From Limisphaerales bacterium (lineage in GTDB: Bacteria; Verrucomicrobiota; Verrucomicrobiia; Limisphaerales; SIBE01), in assembly GCA_044225505.1 (NCBI GenBank), contig JBGAIN010000006.1:62001-126000 (forward strand): a DNA stretch of 64,000 nucleotides, written 5' to 3'. Below the pieces are notes generated by a model. That model was given only the letters and a program-made list of their open reading frames with translations. It did no database searches and had not been told where the DNA came from. This document shows positions 62,275 through 64,000 of this stretch, piece by piece. Made by a program: the position numbers and the translations under genes. The first letter of the stretch is position 1, and the number at the start of each line of letters is the position of its first letter.

Positions 62275-62356
62275 AAAAAAGCGCTCGGACAGCAGACGCC
62301 AAGGAGGTGGGGGTGGGGAACCCCGCTGAAAAAACGTGCTGTTGCCCGAACGCTGG
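62275..62356 (-). ncRNA. Candidate small RNA hairpin with C-rich anti-SD-like loop
   Basis: 5' AGCGTTCGGGCAACAGCACG pairs with 3' CGTCTGCTGTCCGAGCGCT followed by a T-tract; upstream TTGCGT-N16-TATACC. Confidence 0.45.
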
Positions 62357-62678
62357 ATCAGGGTATACCTGTTTTTTTGAGTAACGCAAGAAAAAAACAG
62401 CCACCCTCAATTGAAAGTGGCTGCAATCCCCATCCCCGCTCTGGCGTTAAAAAACGGCCCCACGGCTATCCCACGGAATGCCGATATTCCGCTTAGTCTA
62501 ACACGTCTTAGGTACTGCGCAACAAACGGTCTCAGTATTCAGTGCTTCTCATTCCTCTCCCTTCCACCAGTAGCTTCTCCTTTGCTGCACGTCTTTGCTG
62601 CGTAGGGCCAATAGGTTATCTGCGAAAGTCTCGCGGCCCAGCCGTGGCAATCCTGCTCTCCGTACGGTACTGTCTTCT

Positions 62679-64000
62679 ATGAGGTATCACGCCCTGGCCA
62701 CGGACTACGACGGAACAATTGCCACGCACGGTTCTGTGGACGACCCCACGCTCAGGGCATTACAACGTCTGCGGGAATCCGGGCGGAAGCTGGTGTTGGT
62801 GACCGGGCGCGAATTGCCAGATCTGTTCTCGGTTTTTGCTCACGTTGACCTTTTCGATCGCGTGGTTGCGGAGAATGGGGCGTTGCTCTATCGCCCCAAG
62901 ACGAAGGAAATGCAACCTTTAGGGACCCCACCCACTCCAGCGTTCGTGGATCGTCTTCGGGCTCGCGGGGTCGATCCGCTCTCGGTTGGCCACAGTATCG
63001 TTGCGACGTTTGAGCCGAATGAAACGCTGGTTCTGGAGGCGATTCGTGACCTCGGGCTTGAATTGCAGGTCATTTTTAATAAAGGCGCTGTCATGGTCCT
63101 GCCTTCCGGCGTCAACAAGGCGACTGGGCTGTCTGTAGCTCTGAGCGACCTCGGTCTTTCCGCCCACAATGTTGTGGGGGTGGGAGACGCAGAAAACGAC
63201 CATGCCTTCCTCGACTACTGTGAGTGTGCGGTCGCCGTGGCAAATGCGCTTCCGGCCTTGAAGGACAAAGCGGACTGGGTGACTTCCGCTGGCCATGGCG
63301 CCGGAGTGACGCAATTGATCGATCAACTCATCGAGAACGACCTGTCCGGTGTGGACGCGCAGCTTCGGCGGCACGACACTCCCATCGGCACGGATGAACA
63401 GGGGAAGGAGGTCAGAACAAAGGCATTCGGTGCGAATATCCTCATCGCTGGATCTCCTGGTACTGGCCGGTCCACGCTGCTCGCCGCGTTCACCGAGCGC
63501 TTGATTGAAGGTGGGTATCAAGTCTGCGTGGTGGGGGCTCGTGGCAGTCTCTTGCCAGGGGACACTCCCATGTTGTTCGGAGATGCAGCTCGCGCGCCGG
63601 TGGTCGAAACTATTCTACAATCGTTGGAGCAACCCGCCAACAATATCGCTGTGAATCTGGCCGCAGTGGAAGTGGGAAGCCGGCCGGCCTTTTTTCAAAA
63701 GATCTTTCCAGGGCTCCTCTCCCTGCGCGCGCGCACCGGCCGGCCCCATTGGATCGTTCTGCAGGATGCCGAACAGTTGCTGCCTGCGTCATGGCAACCC
63801 GCGACGGCTGTATTGCCGGCAAGCTTGGTGAATCTTGCGTTGCAAACGGACGACCCGCAAAAGCTGGCCGGCGGCCTTCTAAAGTCCGTCGATATGGTGT
63901 TGACGTTGGGCGAGGCCGCAACTGCAGCATTGCGCTCCTTCGCTGGTGCCACCGCCAATCCATTGCCCGCGACGTTGTCCCCACCGCCTCCAGGTTCCGT
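62679..64000 (+). CDS. Cof-like HAD-IIB hydrolase fused to a P-loop-like domain (partial, runs off the window)
   Basis: Translated by hand: MRYHALATDYDGT, LVTGR, AENGA, GVNKA.G, GVGDAENDHAF, then ILIAGSPGTGRST; absent from the ORF track, consistent with no stop inside the window. Confidence 0.88.
   Translation, partial: MRYHALATDYDGTIATHGSVDDPTLRALQRLRESGRKLVLVTGRELPDLFSVFAHVDLFDRVVAENGALLYRPKTKEMQPLGTPPTPAFVDRLRARGVDPLSVGHSIVATFEPNETLVLEAIRDLGLELQVIFNKGAVMVLPSGVNKATGLSVALSDLGLSAHNVVGVGDAENDHAFLDYCECAVAVANALPALKDKADWVTSAGHGAGVTQLIDQLIENDLSGVDAQLRRHDTPIGTDEQGKEVRTKAFGANILIAGSPGTGRSTLLAAFTERLIEGGYQVCVVGARGSLLPGDTPMLFGDAARAPVVETILQSLEQPANNIAVNLAAVEVGSRPAFFQKIFPGLLSLRARTGRPHWIVLQDAEQLLPASWQPATAVLPASLVNLALQTDDPQKLAGGLLKSVDMVLTLGEAATAALRSFAGATANPLPATLSPPPPGS

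Overview
GC-rich bacterial chromosomal window, most likely from a Verrucomicrobia-type (PVC superphylum) organism; this is inferred from gene content and repeat style. The main block is a complete Planctomycetes/Verrucomicrobia-type (PVM) bacterial microcompartment locus (~9.8-19.5 kb). It has a DeoR regulator, PduL, 3 BMC-H, 3 BMC-P, acetate kinase, an acylating aldehyde dehydrogenase, a class II aldolase, an LDH/MDH-like enzyme with an apparent in-frame deletion, and an uncharacterised class I aldolase-like protein. The rest holds large secreted proteins (delta-60 repeat protein, zinc protease, cyclophilin, FG-GAP/ASPIC protein), three intact ECF sigma modules, a broken ECF42/YCII cluster, two ABC export systems, an SSS symporter and housekeeping genes (priA, gap, radC, lpxA, glyQS, suhB, rsmD). 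Unexplained non-coding structure: two copies of a palindromic 11-bp-period array upstream of priA and radC, a 307-bp IS4-like MITE with a 10-bp target duplication inserted in a REP hairpin, GGAG-type REP pairs, and a candidate ~80-nt sRNA whose loop carries an anti-Shine-Dalgarno motif. Three unrelated secreted proteins share a C-terminal FYR domain, a putative sorting signal. Several frameshift or nonsense lesions could be real decay or consensus errors. No tRNA, rRNA or CRISPR array was seen. All product calls come from motif recognition by eye; no database search was run.
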